DNA of 64,000 bases, from assembly GCA_963699755.1 (NCBI GenBank), contig CAVOVB010000008.1:128001-192000 (forward strand). The letters run 5' to 3'. Made by a program: the position numbers and the translations under genes. Below the pieces are notes generated by a model. It was not told the DNA's origin. It saw nothing but the letters and a program-made list of their open reading frames with translations, and did not search any database. Positions within the stretch are counted from its first letter, which is position 1; each line of letters opens with the position of its first letter. Below, in pieces: positions 48,128 to 58,162 of the stretch. The DNA is from an uncultured delta proteobacterium. GTDB taxonomy: Bacteria > Myxococcota_A > Polyangia > Polyangiales > Houyiibacteriaceae.

Positions 48128-48865
48128 CTAAAAGAGCCAGCCTAAAAAGAACTTGAACACGTGCGTGTTCGTTCGGAACTCTGTCTTCGTCAGGCTGTTC
48201 ATCCCGACGGTGTAGTTGACGTCGAAGTTCAGCGGTCCGAGGTCGAACTGGACGCCTATCCGCGCCCCGGCGAGGTACGGCGCAACCTTGTACCCTGGGA
48301 CATCCCTCGGGCGGAATTTGAACCCCTTTCGATTGCCGTCCAGCTCCAAAAAGCCGCGGATGTTGAAGGTGTTGACCAGACCTCCATAGACGAAGATCTT
48401 GAAGTAAGGGTTCGCATACGGCCGGTAGCCGGCGGTCAGCGGGATCTCCATCTGGTTCATTCGCACCCTCAGCCCGACGAGCTGCCTGACCAAGTCGGGG
48501 TTCTCTCCATCCGCCAAGGCGAACGTTTCGAGTTGAGGCCCGTAGGTGAAGTAGAAGCGACTGAAGCCCGCGGCCAGCTCCGTGAAGACCTTGTTGTCGA
48601 AGGTGACACGCGCCGCTAGCTGCATGCCCCAGTTGAACAAGGTGTCCTTGTTGCGGCCTCCCACGGTGCCGATGAGCGGCCCTGGATTCTCGGGGTCATC
48701 GCCTTCGTAGATGCTGTAGTTCGGAAACCGGGGCACGATCGTCGTGCTGCCGACGCCGACAGCGATCTTGACGTCCATCTTCGGGACGGCGGAGGCCGAG
48801 CTCGTCGGGAACCAGACCGCAGCGCAAAGGGTGAGGAAGGCGAGGACGGGGATGAGTTTCTTCAT
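48128..48865 (-). CDS. Outer-membrane beta-barrel protein (OmpA-like/porin family)
   Basis: Signal peptide; MEIPLTAGY, FDVNYTVG; C-terminal FFLGWLF BAM-type signal. Confidence 0.72.
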   Translation of the reverse strand: MKKLIPVLAFLTLCAAVWFPTSSASAVPKMDVKIAVGVGSTTIVPRFPNYSIYEGDDPENPGPLIGTVGGRNKDTLFNWGMQLAARVTFDNKVFTELAAGFSRFYFTYGPQLETFALADGENPDLVRQLVGLRVRMNQMEIPLTAGYRPYANPYFKIFVYGGLVNTFNIRGFLELDGNRKGFKFRPRDVPGYKVAPYLAGARIGVQFDLGPLNFDVNYTVGMNSLTKTEFRTNTHVFKFFLGWLF

Positions 48866-48877
48866 TGAATCGGTCCC

Positions 48878-50488
48878 TTAGGCGGGGAAGTAGTAGTCCT
48901 TGCCGTCAATGACGAAGCGCTTGTCCATGATGCGAGGCCACATCGGTTTCGTGAGGATCTTCTCCTTCTGCCAGTTCTCGTGCTCTTCGTGGAGCTTGTC
49001 GTAGAGCTCCGGCATCTGCTCCTTGAGATTGATCTCTTCGGACTGGTCGGTGATCAGGTTGTAGAGCTCGGCCCAGCCGTCGCGCGTGCTCAAGATGAGC
49101 TTGTAGTCGCCGTCGCGAATCGCCCAGATGTGGTCGGCGCGCCAGAAGAGCGATTGATGGGGACGGTCCTTGTTCTTTCCGGTCACGTAAGGAAGCAGGT
49201 CGACGCCGTCATATTCGCGGTCGTCCGGAAGCACGCCGCCCGCTGCCGCCACCGAAGTCGTGAAAATGTCGGTCGACGAAACCGGGTACTTGTAGCGAGT
49301 GCCCGCGGGGATCTTGCCCTTCCACTTCATCATGAAGGGCACCCGGATCCCGCCTTCGAACTGCGTGAGCTTCCCGGCCTTGAGCGGTCCGTTGTCAGTG
49401 GCGCCGGTATACGAGGCACCGCCATTGTCACTCAGAAAGAAGATCAGCGTGTCATTTTCGATGCCGAGGTCTTTGATCTTCCGGTGGATTTCACCAATCG
49501 CGTCATCCAGGGACGAGATCATCGCGTAGTAGACGCGATGGTTTTCGTCTTCGACCTGGGGGTACTGGCAGTAGTATTCGACCGGGGCTTGAAAAGGGAC
49601 GTGGGGCGCCGAGAACGCGCCATAGATGAAGAAGGGTTCATCCTTCTTCTCCTCCATGTACTGCATCATCTCGTCGCGGAAGGCATCGGTGAGGTATCTC
49701 TCTTCGATGATCTCCTTTCCGTTGCGCAGGATTGCGGCCTGGTCTTTGCGCCCGGTTTTCCACTGGTGCTGCGCGCTAAAGGCCTCTTGCTTGTGGTTGA
49801 TCACGCCCGACCAATTCTCCTTGGGCGTGTACAGCGACGACGCGCCGTAGAAGCCGTACTGGTAGTCGAAGCCGCGGGCCGAAGGTACCTGCTCGCGGTG
49901 CACGCCGAGGTGCCACTTGCCGATGAGCGCGGTCTGGTAGTTGTACTTCTTGAGGATTTCCGAAAGCATGATTTCGGAGGGCGGCACGCCCTGCTTGTGC
50001 ACCTGCCAGGCCGAGGGGAACGAGGGCTTGGCCTTGACCTTGAACTCGCCGGTGTCGACCAGCCATCGGCCCGAGATGTATTCGACGTAGTTGCTGGGGT
50101 AGAACTCCATCACCTGCGTCTCGAAGCCATAGCGGTTCTGCACGCGGCCGGTCATCAAGCCGGCGCGAGCAGGCGCGCAGGTGGGTGCGGTGGCGTAGCC
50201 TTCTTCGAAGACGACACCTTCCTTGCCGATCTGATCGATGTTCGGCGTCTTGATGTGATCGACGCCGTAGGCGCTCACCTCGTAAGGCCCGAGGTCGTCG
50301 GCGACGAGCAGAATGATGTTCGGCTGACGCTTCTTCTCGATCGGCAGCGGGGCTTCCATGAAGGCTGCCTTGCTCTCTTCCATCCCCTTGTTCCATTTGA
50401 GGCGCCATTTGACGCGCGTAATGGAACAGCTGACGAGAAGCAGCGCGAGGGCGACCAGTAGAAACGTACGCAGGTAGCGATGGTTCAT
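48878..50488 (-). CDS. Formylglycine-dependent sulfatase (Cys-type), lipoprotein
   Basis: Lipobox LVSC; PNIILLVADDLG, CAPARAGLMTGR, IGKWHLG, APHVP, SDNGG, EGGIRVP, ELYNL. Confidence 0.93.
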   Translation of the reverse strand: MNHRYLRTFLLVALALLLVSCSITRVKWRLKWNKGMEESKAAFMEAPLPIEKKRQPNIILLVADDLGPYEVSAYGVDHIKTPNIDQIGKEGVVFEEGYATAPTCAPARAGLMTGRVQNRYGFETQVMEFYPSNYVEYISGRWLVDTGEFKVKAKPSFPSAWQVHKQGVPPSEIMLSEILKKYNYQTALIGKWHLGVHREQVPSARGFDYQYGFYGASSLYTPKENWSGVINHKQEAFSAQHQWKTGRKDQAAILRNGKEIIEERYLTDAFRDEMMQYMEEKKDEPFFIYGAFSAPHVPFQAPVEYYCQYPQVEDENHRVYYAMISSLDDAIGEIHRKIKDLGIENDTLIFFLSDNGGASYTGATDNGPLKAGKLTQFEGGIRVPFMMKWKGKIPAGTRYKYPVSSTDIFTTSVAAAGGVLPDDREYDGVDLLPYVTGKNKDRPHQSLFWRADHIWAIRDGDYKLILSTRDGWAELYNLITDQSEEINLKEQMPELYDKLHEEHENWQKEKILTKPMWPRIMDKRFVIDGKDYYFPA

Positions 50489-50565
50489 GATTGTGGCTCT
50501 TGGTACCTTGCGATCGGGCGATCTTGCAACCAGAAAATTCCGCCTCCAAAGCACATCGTTTCGTG

Positions 50566-50571
50566 TATTCT
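50566..50571 (+). promoter_or_regulatory. -10 box (TATTCT) 6 nt before the ATG of the FadL-like gene; candidate leaderless promoter
   Basis: TATTCT-ctcgcc-ATG. Confidence 0.55.
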
Positions 50572-50577
50572 CTCGCC

Positions 50578-51945
50578 ATGCGCCGAGCTCGGGTTCTTCT
50601 GCTTATGGGCGTGCTCTGTGTTCCCATGACGGCTCGGGCTGGCAACAGCGACGAGGTCAACGCCGGGCTGGACGTCACCCTCACGGGCGGCGCCGTCGTG
50701 GCGACGACGTATACCGGTGCGGCACTCTGGTACAACCCAGCGGGAATCGCAGGAATCAACAAGGCTTCCCTCGAGCTCACCGGAATCACCATGCAGATTC
50801 AGATCGTCAAGGTCCCCGGCCTGCTGACGATCGACACCGACCCCCAGGCCCAGAGCGAGGGCAAGACCGTGAACTTCACCGTCATCCCTCAAGCGATCAC
50901 CTTCACCCTGAAGCTCAGAGAGAACCTCAAGCTCGGTGTGGGGCTCTTCAACAGCTCCATTCGCCGCTCGTTCGTCACCGAGCAGGTCACGACCGCGGCC
51001 GGCATCGAGCCAGTGGCGAGGGCGGTCGGCGGTCAGAACTCCAGAATCGACTTCTTTCACGTCAGCGGCGGCCTGGCCGGGACGTTTGGCAACAAGCAGA
51101 AGGTGCTGATCGGCGGTGCGTTTGACGTCGTCGTGGCCACGGCCCGCGTCGACGCGACCCAATCGGTCTTCTATGACGATGGAGAGCAGGGCTTCGCCAC
51201 GGGCAGCTCGGTGGCGACCGATACGGGTTTTGGCCTGCAGCTCAAGGCAGGCATCCAGTGGGTCCCGATTCCCGAAGTCCGGGTCGGGTTCTCGGTCGCG
51301 TCGCCTTCTTTCGCCTTCGTGATCCTCAATCGCTTTGCGGACAATTTCGGCCAGAGCCCGCCGGCAGGCATCGTGCTTCCCCCTGGGGATCCGAATGCCC
51401 AAGCCGCCGATGGCGCGGAGTCCCGGGGCGCACGCGGCGGCTGGTGGGGCGTCGAGCCAGGTAACTTTCGCTTTGGGATCGCGTACGTCGGGAACTGGGG
51501 CTGGGTCGAGGCCGACCTCATCACCCAGTGGCGGCTTCGCACCCCCGAGCTCGACATCGATCTACAGCCGATCGTCAACGGCCGGATCGGAAGCGCGTTT
51601 CGCTTGACCAAGTTCGTCAATCTCGGGGTGGGCTTGTTTACCGATCGAAGCCCCATCGACAGGCTCGAGGTGACCCCGTTCGCGACGAGTGACATCAACT
51701 TCTACGGTGCGCACCTGGGTTTTCTGTTCTCCAACCGGGAGGTCCATCCTGGCCGGCCCGATGCCGATGCGCAGGAGCGCGGCGGCTTCGCCATCGCGAT
51801 CGGCTTTCGTTACTCCTTTGGACGTGGGCAGGGCTTGGGCGCTCTGCTTCCCGCTCAGTATGACCCGTCGTCGATCACGGCGACTGGCAGCGGGGGCAGG
51901 ATCAACGAAATCGCTTTGAATCTCGGCGCCAACGTCAGCTTCTGA
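50578..51945 (+). CDS. OmpP1/FadL-like outer-membrane transporter for hydrophobic compounds
   Basis: Signal peptide; hatch motif GGAVVA...ALWYNPAGI; strands ending ANVSF. Confidence 0.72.
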   Translation: MRRARVLLLMGVLCVPMTARAGNSDEVNAGLDVTLTGGAVVATTYTGAALWYNPAGIAGINKASLELTGITMQIQIVKVPGLLTIDTDPQAQSEGKTVNFTVIPQAITFTLKLRENLKLGVGLFNSSIRRSFVTEQVTTAAGIEPVARAVGGQNSRIDFFHVSGGLAGTFGNKQKVLIGGAFDVVVATARVDATQSVFYDDGEQGFATGSSVATDTGFGLQLKAGIQWVPIPEVRVGFSVASPSFAFVILNRFADNFGQSPPAGIVLPPGDPNAQAADGAESRGARGGWWGVEPGNFRFGIAYVGNWGWVEADLITQWRLRTPELDIDLQPIVNGRIGSAFRLTKFVNLGVGLFTDRSPIDRLEVTPFATSDINFYGAHLGFLFSNREVHPGRPDADAQERGGFAIAIGFRYSFGRGQGLGALLPAQYDPSSITATGSGGRINEIALNLGANVSF

Positions 51946-52978
51946 ACAGCGCGCGGAATCGTCCCCACCAATCGGCGCCAAGGGTGTACACGCCGGCGAA
52001 GAAGAGCGCTTCGGAAGTCACCAGGAGCCCAACGAACCACGTCAGCTGCTCAGGGCGCTTCAGGCCTGCGACCGTCGGGAAGGTTCCGTCTGCAACCGAA
52101 CCGAAATGAGCAGCAATCGGAAACACCAAGGCCAGGAACTGCGCCGCGACGTGTAAGGCGAGGAGTGAAACCCCCGCCCTGTGGCGTCGGAGCGAGACCG
52201 GCTCGCCCGACGGCGTTCGCTTGAGCACGGCAAAGAGCCGCGTCTTGAGCTCCTTGAAACCCTCTTTGCCGAGCAAGACGATGCTGCTCGCGCTGATGAT
52301 CTCTCCTGCGGCCAAAATCACTGCGACGACGCCGACCATTCGGCCACTGGCCAAACCAAAGGCGGGCAAGAGCATGCCGGTCACCGCAAGCAGGTTGCCG
52401 AAGATGAAGACGCCGAGGCCGAGCCGATAGCGAAGAGTTGGAGCTGGCCTCGGCGCTTTGGGCTCGGGTGCTGAAGGGGCGCCTTCGTAGCGAAAGAGCT
52501 GCTTGAAGCGCTCCCACCAGGCCGGCCCCAGCGCAAAGATCGCGAGCACGAACAGAAGCTCGGCGGCGATCACCGCCCAGACCAGTACGGGCCCCTGCGC
52601 GTCGAACGTCAGGCCAAATACGGCAGGGAAGGGGTCTTCGGGGGTCGCAGCGCTGTAGCCGAGGATGGCCATCGTCCATACGAACAAATACGCCGCGAGG
52701 TGCGCGAGCAGGACCGCGATGCCGAAAAGACGGCGTCGGGCGGTGATGGGCTGAGCCGTCGCCGCTTCGCCGCGCCGCAAGACGACGGAGCCTCGTGCCT
52801 GTAGTGTTTGGTACCCCTCGTTTCCGAGGGCGAGGACGCTTCCGAGCGTTGTGAGTTCGCCGACGGCCACGAGGGCGATGACCCATGCCCCGGTGCTCCC
52901 CTGCACATATCCCAGAGCCGCCAACACCAGCCCCAGGATCGCGAGCGCGTTGCCAATCCCGAAGAGTAGAAAACCCAT
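51935..52978 (-). CDS. Membrane protein made of an internal duplication (transporter suffix domain-like)
   Basis: Two halves share GNxLAxxG...GExxxxxSxxxLGxEGxxxL...HxAA...E.LF....LGxxWWxRF..LFR. Start uncertain. Confidence 0.65.
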   Translation of the reverse strand: MGFLLFGIGNALAILGLVLAALGYVQGSTGAWVIALVAVGELTTLGSVLALGNEGYQTLQARGSVVLRRGEAATAQPITARRRLFGIAVLLAHLAAYLFVWTMAILGYSAATPEDPFPAVFGLTFDAQGPVLVWAVIAAELLFVLAIFALGPAWWERFKQLFRYEGAPSAPEPKAPRPAPTLRYRLGLGVFIFGNLLAVTGMLLPAFGLASGRMVGVVAVILAAGEIISASSIVLLGKEGFKELKTRLFAVLKRTPSGEPVSLRRHRAGVSLLALHVAAQFLALVFPIAAHFGSVADGTFPTVAGLKRPEQLTWFVGLLVTSEALFFAGVYTLGADWWGRFRALFRS

Positions 52979-53123
52979 CGAGGCCGAACATGCCACAGAT
53001 GTCCGGTCCGGACCTACCGCTGAAGGAGGTTTGGCGACCGTTCGGGTTGCGTAATCAACCACTGGCGCTCCGGGTCAAGCGCTGCTTTGACTCTTGATGG
53101 ATCTTCGTTCTACTAGACCCTCG

Positions 53124-54341
53124 ATGAGTGAGACCCCCGACGACTTGAAGCCCGGCCTGCCGTTTTCGCTCGTGAACAAGCTCGATGGGCTCAGCAAGAA
53201 GATGATTCCGATCGACTCCAAGCGGGCGATGAAGATGGCTCAGCGAGTCACAGGGCTCGACGATTGGGGAGACGGCGGGTTTCGGGCGCGGCTCGATTCG
53301 GCCGTCGATGGTCTCAATGACGCAGAACTAAATACGACAGGTCTCTTCGGTGCGCGCTACGTCCTCAACTGGCACCTCGGGAACAGGCTTCGGGTCGTCG
53401 ACTTCGCCAATCGGCATCCCGAGCTCGACGACGTCGACATCGAGCGTCCTGTGGTCATCACGGGATTCTTCCGCACCGGCACTACGTTCCTCCACAACGT
53501 TCTCGCTGCCGACCCGAACAACCGCGTGGCCCAAGCCTGGGAGCTTGCCTATCCACTCGGCCGCCTAGGCGATCCCCTGGGTGACGCCGCTTGGCGGCGC
53601 GCGCAGGCCAAGTTCACGTTCGGCTTCAACCAGGCCGCAATCCCCGATCAGGGCGTTGCCCACAACGTCACCGCGGACTCTTACGAAGAGGACTTCTTCC
53701 TGCTCGAAAACGACATGGCCGTGCTGACCTTTTGGGTGGGTTTCGCCGCCTATAGCTACGCCATGGACATGCTCGATTGGGACATGACCGAGCCTTACGA
53801 GTTCCACAAGCTGCAGCTCAAGATCCTGAACGCGCAACGCTCCGCGAAGCGCTGGGTGCTGAAGTGCCCCTGGCACATCTGGAACTTGGACGCGCTGATG
53901 GCGGTGTACCCGGACGCCCAGATCATCTTCACGCATCGAGACATCACCAAGGCGCTCGCCTCGCACTGCAGCTTGTCAGCCAAGATGGCTTCCAAATTGA
54001 AGCGTAGCCTCGATGTGAAGGAGCTCGGCCAGTTCTGGCTCGAGTACACCCGGATCGGTCTGGAACGAGCGATGGAGTCCCGAAACAAGATTCCCGAGTC
54101 GCAGCTCTACGATGTCCGGCTTCGCGACCTGATGGCCAGCCCGATGACGGTGCTGCGGGACATCTACTCGCACTTCGACCTGGAGTTCACCGAGGAGGTC
54201 GCTCGGCTGCTCGAAGAACGCATCGCCGAAAAGCCAACCTCCCAGGAGGGCGAGCACGAATATGCCATCGAGGATTTCGGACTCAGCGACGAGCAGGTGC
54301 GCGAGACGCTCAAGGCGTACAACGAGCGATTCGGCGTCTAG
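53124..54341 (+). CDS. Sulfotransferase family protein
   Basis: PVVITGFFRTGTTFLH (5'-PSB), RWVLKCPWH, YPDAQIIFTHRD...S (3'-PB). Confidence 0.9.
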   Translation: MSETPDDLKPGLPFSLVNKLDGLSKKMIPIDSKRAMKMAQRVTGLDDWGDGGFRARLDSAVDGLNDAELNTTGLFGARYVLNWHLGNRLRVVDFANRHPELDDVDIERPVVITGFFRTGTTFLHNVLAADPNNRVAQAWELAYPLGRLGDPLGDAAWRRAQAKFTFGFNQAAIPDQGVAHNVTADSYEEDFFLLENDMAVLTFWVGFAAYSYAMDMLDWDMTEPYEFHKLQLKILNAQRSAKRWVLKCPWHIWNLDALMAVYPDAQIIFTHRDITKALASHCSLSAKMASKLKRSLDVKELGQFWLEYTRIGLERAMESRNKIPESQLYDVRLRDLMASPMTVLRDIYSHFDLEFTEEVARLLEERIAEKPTSQEGEHEYAIEDFGLSDEQVRETLKAYNERFGV

Positions 54342-54413
54342 AGCCGCGGCTTGTCTGTTGGCTGCGGGGCTCCTAAAAGGCCCTCGGTGACGAGGATGAG
54401 TAAGTCGTAGACG

Positions 54414-56378
54414 ATGCGTGAAGCGGGGGCACGGTTCAGAAAGCTAGATGCGTTCACGACCGCAACGGTCCGGCTTGGGGTCTTCTCGGTTTGGCCCACG
54501 CTGGTCGCCATCGCGCTTGGTGCAACGCTCTTTGCAGCCACCCATGCCGAGCTGCTGCCGGCCATGTTCAACAACAAGCTGACGCGGGAAGAGCGATTCC
54601 TCGGGCTCGGCTTCTTTGCGGCCTCGTGGATCTTGGTGGGCGCGCTCTATCTGCTCGCACTTCGCTATCCGCGCACTGACCATAGCCCTCCGGGCGTCGA
54701 CCGGGCCCGGCGGCTACATCCGTACCTATCTTTCCTTCTGAGTGGACCTGCCATCGTCGCCCTCACGGAGCCGAAGATCGAGACCACGCACCAGTGGTTG
54801 ACCTGGCTCTACATCGCTCTCGCCGTGCTGGCCTGGTGGCCGACCTTTTCGGCTTGGAGCCAACATCTGCGGGCGCTGAATCGATCGCCGATCCTCTCGG
54901 AACGCCAGCGAGACTGGATCGGTTTGGGCATCGTCTTCGCGATCTGGGCGGCGTACGCGTACGTTTTCTCGAAGCTCGCCATCACCCATCACCACGCCTT
55001 TCAGATGCGCACCATGGACCTCGGCGTCTACGACAACATCTTCTACCAGTCGAGCCACGGACGACCCCTCGGCTGCACTCTCGTTCGCGGGGGCACCCAC
55101 GCTTCGGCGCACTTCGACCCAATCCTGGTCATCCTCTCTCCGCTCTATCGACTCTGGCCGCGCGCGGAGCTTTTGCTGGTCTTGCAGTCCGTGTGGTTGG
55201 GAGCGGGCGCGGTTGCCACCTATCTCATCGGGCGCGGTCAACTCGGCTCTCGCGCTTGGGGTCTCATTTGGGCGCTGGCGTACGTGCTGCACCCTGCGCT
55301 GCACGGCGCCAATCTCTACGAGTTCCACTCGCTGACACTCGTCTTTACTCCGCTTCTCTTCGCGCTCTACTTCCTTTTCTCGGGGAGGTTCCCGCTCTAC
55401 TTCGCAAGCTTGGCCGTGCTTCTTCTCATTCGAGAGGATGTCTCGCTGCTGATGTGCTTCGTGGGACTGTATGGCGTTTTGTCGGGAGAACCCCCGTACA
55501 AGCGCGCAGGCTGGGCGACGATTCTGATCAGCTTGGTCTACCTGGTCGTCGTCAAGACTGTGTTCATGCAGGCGACCGGTCTTTTCAACCAGGGCGGCGG
55601 CGCGCACGGATACGTCTACTACTACGAGGAGATGATCCCGAACAAATGGGGAGAGGCCGATTTCTTGATCTCGCTGCTCACCAACCCAGCGTTCGTCGTC
55701 GACCTCATCGCGAGGGAGAAAAAGGTCCAGTACCTGCTCGTGGTCTTCTTCCCATTGTTGTTTCTTCCAGCCTGGGCCGGGCGAGCCAGGGTGATCTTGC
55801 TCTATGGGCTCCTCTTCATTCTGCTCGCGTCGAAGTCCGCGGTGTACAGCCCGCATTTCCAGTACTCTGCCGTCCTTCTGCCCGTCGCCATCGCGCTTGC
55901 GCCGCTGGGGCTTCGCCGCCTGGCCGCCTCGCGCCCGAAACACAAGAGTCTGACGGCTGTGTTCATGGGCTGCGTGTTGATCGCAAGCCTCCTGGTGAGC
56001 TGGAAGTTCGGCGCCATCGTCGAGAACAACAGCTTCCGGGGCGGCTACAGGACAGTAGTGCGCGCACTCACCGAAGACACGCGGCAACGCTACGACGCAT
56101 TCGTCGAGCTGATCAGCCGGATCGAGCCCGACGCATCCGTTTCGGTCACCGATCGAATCGGTGCCCACGTCTCCAATCGTGCGCACGTCTACTACCTCGA
56201 TCACAACGTCGACACTGACTACTACCTGGTCGAGGCACACGATCTTCGTGGGCGAAACAAGAGCGTCTTCGACAAGCGCAAGGCGGCGGGCACGCTGGAG
56301 CTCGTCCAGCGTGAGCGTCATTGGAGCCTCTATCGATCGGTCAGCCCAGCCGAGACCGAAGAGGCCATCGACCCGTGA
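54414..56378 (+). CDS. DUF2079 domain membrane protein (GT-C-like)
   Basis: DLGVYDN, HFDPIL, LLVLQ, YEFH, REDV, HFQYS; more than 10 TM helices. Confidence 0.82.
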   Translation: MREAGARFRKLDAFTTATVRLGVFSVWPTLVAIALGATLFAATHAELLPAMFNNKLTREERFLGLGFFAASWILVGALYLLALRYPRTDHSPPGVDRARRLHPYLSFLLSGPAIVALTEPKIETTHQWLTWLYIALAVLAWWPTFSAWSQHLRALNRSPILSERQRDWIGLGIVFAIWAAYAYVFSKLAITHHHAFQMRTMDLGVYDNIFYQSSHGRPLGCTLVRGGTHASAHFDPILVILSPLYRLWPRAELLLVLQSVWLGAGAVATYLIGRGQLGSRAWGLIWALAYVLHPALHGANLYEFHSLTLVFTPLLFALYFLFSGRFPLYFASLAVLLLIREDVSLLMCFVGLYGVLSGEPPYKRAGWATILISLVYLVVVKTVFMQATGLFNQGGGAHGYVYYYEEMIPNKWGEADFLISLLTNPAFVVDLIAREKKVQYLLVVFFPLLFLPAWAGRARVILLYGLLFILLASKSAVYSPHFQYSAVLLPVAIALAPLGLRRLAASRPKHKSLTAVFMGCVLIASLLVSWKFGAIVENNSFRGGYRTVVRALTEDTRQRYDAFVELISRIEPDASVSVTDRIGAHVSNRAHVYYLDHNVDTDYYLVEAHDLRGRNKSVFDKRKAAGTLELVQRERHWSLYRSVSPAETEEAIDP

Positions 56379-57316
56379 GTCACCCCCGCTTTCGGTGGGC
56401 GATGCGCCTCCTCGGGCCCCTGCTGATCGCCTGGGTCTTGTGGCGCTTTGCCGACCTCTCCCTGCTCGCGGATACCTTCGCCCAGGCATCCATCGGACCC
56501 CTAGTCGTGGCGGTCCTGCTCGATGCCGTGATGATCCATGTGAAGCTCTGGCGCTGGCGCAACTTGCTACGCGCAGTCGACGCGCGACTATCGCTGGGGA
56601 GCGCGTATCGTGCGTATCTCCCGTCGCTATTCCTAGGCTTGGCGACCCCAGGTCGAGTTGGCGACGCGCTCCGAATCCAGTACCTCAAGCGAGATCATTC
56701 GATTGGGTACTCGGCGGGCCTCGCCGTCTCCGTCGTCGACCGTCTTTGTGACGTGTACGTCCTTCTTGCGTTCGTAACGCTTGGGGTCGTCCACTTGGCG
56801 CGCATCGTTTCAGCTCCGCTCGGGCAGATGACTTGGATTGGGGTGGTGCTCGTCGCTCTCGCCCCCGCGCTCCTGTTCGTACGGGGCGTCGCCGAGCCCG
56901 CAGCCCAATGGCTGTATGGTCGTTTCTCGGAGGGCGAGACTCACAGCGGGTTGAGCACGTTCTTCGCTGCGCTTCGGCGTCAGATCGGTCCGAGCCTCTT
57001 CGTGCCAGTTGCGCTCACCGTCGTCGCTTTCGTCACGAGCTACATTCAAGCCTGGCTAGTTGCGAAGGCGCTTGGGCTCGATCTCACGTTCATCGATGTC
57101 GCGGCCTTGGTCGCGATCAGCTCCTTTCTAAGCCTGCTTCCGATCTCGATCTCTGGTGTCGGAGTCCGCGAATCCTTCTTTGCGCTGATCTTCCCTTCGT
57201 TCGGGCTTGCTGCAACGCTCGGTATCGCCTTCGGATTGGGCGTGTTCGCAGTCACCTATCTGCCGGCGCTCCTTGTGGGTTTCGTCGCCTGGTTGGCCTG
57301 GCCGCCCTCGAAGTAG
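56375..57316 (+). CDS. Lysylphosphatidylglycerol synthase TM / UPF0104 flippase-like protein
   Basis: RWRNLL, TPGRVGDALR, DRLCD, LPISISGVGVRE. GTGA overlap with the upstream gene. Confidence 0.85.
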   Translation: MSHPRFRWAMRLLGPLLIAWVLWRFADLSLLADTFAQASIGPLVVAVLLDAVMIHVKLWRWRNLLRAVDARLSLGSAYRAYLPSLFLGLATPGRVGDALRIQYLKRDHSIGYSAGLAVSVVDRLCDVYVLLAFVTLGVVHLARIVSAPLGQMTWIGVVLVALAPALLFVRGVAEPAAQWLYGRFSEGETHSGLSTFFAALRRQIGPSLFVPVALTVVAFVTSYIQAWLVAKALGLDLTFIDVAALVAISSFLSLLPISISGVGVRESFFALIFPSFGLAATLGIAFGLGVFAVTYLPALLVGFVAWLAWPPSK

Positions 57317-57403
57317 CTCGGCGTTGGGGACTGCGACTGACTCGGTTGCGGGGCGAAGACATCATGATAGCATCGCCGCGCGGTTATCGAGGGAATGCAT
57401 CAG

Positions 57404-58162
57404 GTGAACGGTATTTCGGAGCTGGAGCGCCAGCAGGTTTCGCTCGCGCAAACGCAGGGGGCAGACTTCCGCTTGGATGCCATCCGTCGATTGGTCGCCG
57501 ATCGCATCGCGCCTGGGACGGTCTTGGACGTGGGCTGCGGGGCCGGCGGCCTGGTGACCTGGTTGCTGGCGCACGGTTACGATGCCCGGGGCATCGATCT
57601 CAGCGCACCGATCGTGGCAGCCGCACAGGAGAATCTTCGTTTGTGTGGGCTCGACCCTTCGAGGATTCGCGAGGCCTCGGTCGACAGTCTGGTCGAGCAC
57701 GGAGAGCTTGCCGACAATGTCGTCAGCATGGATTGCCTGGAGCACATCGAAGACGATGGCAGAGCGTTCGCGAGTCTGGTCTCGGCGACTCGCCCGGGTG
57801 GCCGACTCATCGTGACCGTCCCCGCCATGCCAAGCCTCTTCGGAGCCAAGGATCGGGCCATCGGCCACTATCGTCGATACACGCCCGAGCGCCTGAAGGA
57901 GCTCGCCGCTCGACATCCACTTCGGGTGGACGAGCTGAAGTATTGGAATCTCCTCGGGGTCGCGCCGACCTTCATGGCGGTGCATCTCTTTGATCGAGCG
58001 GTGGACGAGTCGTTTCGCTACGGCGAAGCTGGTGCTGGGAAGCGGGCGCTGCGGCGCGGGCTCTCCGCTTGGTTCCGACACGTCGAGAATCGTCTCAGGC
58101 CGCCTGTCGGGCTCACGCTGCTCCTGGTCGCCACCGCGCTCGGTGAGTCGGGGAACGAATGA
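57404..58162 (+). CDS. Class I SAM-dependent methyltransferase
   Basis: VLDVGCGAG, DCLEHIEDD, VTVPA, GHYRRYT. Confidence 0.9.
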   Translation: MNGISELERQQVSLAQTQGADFRLDAIRRLVADRIAPGTVLDVGCGAGGLVTWLLAHGYDARGIDLSAPIVAAAQENLRLCGLDPSRIREASVDSLVEHGELADNVVSMDCLEHIEDDGRAFASLVSATRPGGRLIVTVPAMPSLFGAKDRAIGHYRRYTPERLKELAARHPLRVDELKYWNLLGVAPTFMAVHLFDRAVDESFRYGEAGAGKRALRRGLSAWFRHVENRLRPPVGLTLLLVATALGESGNE

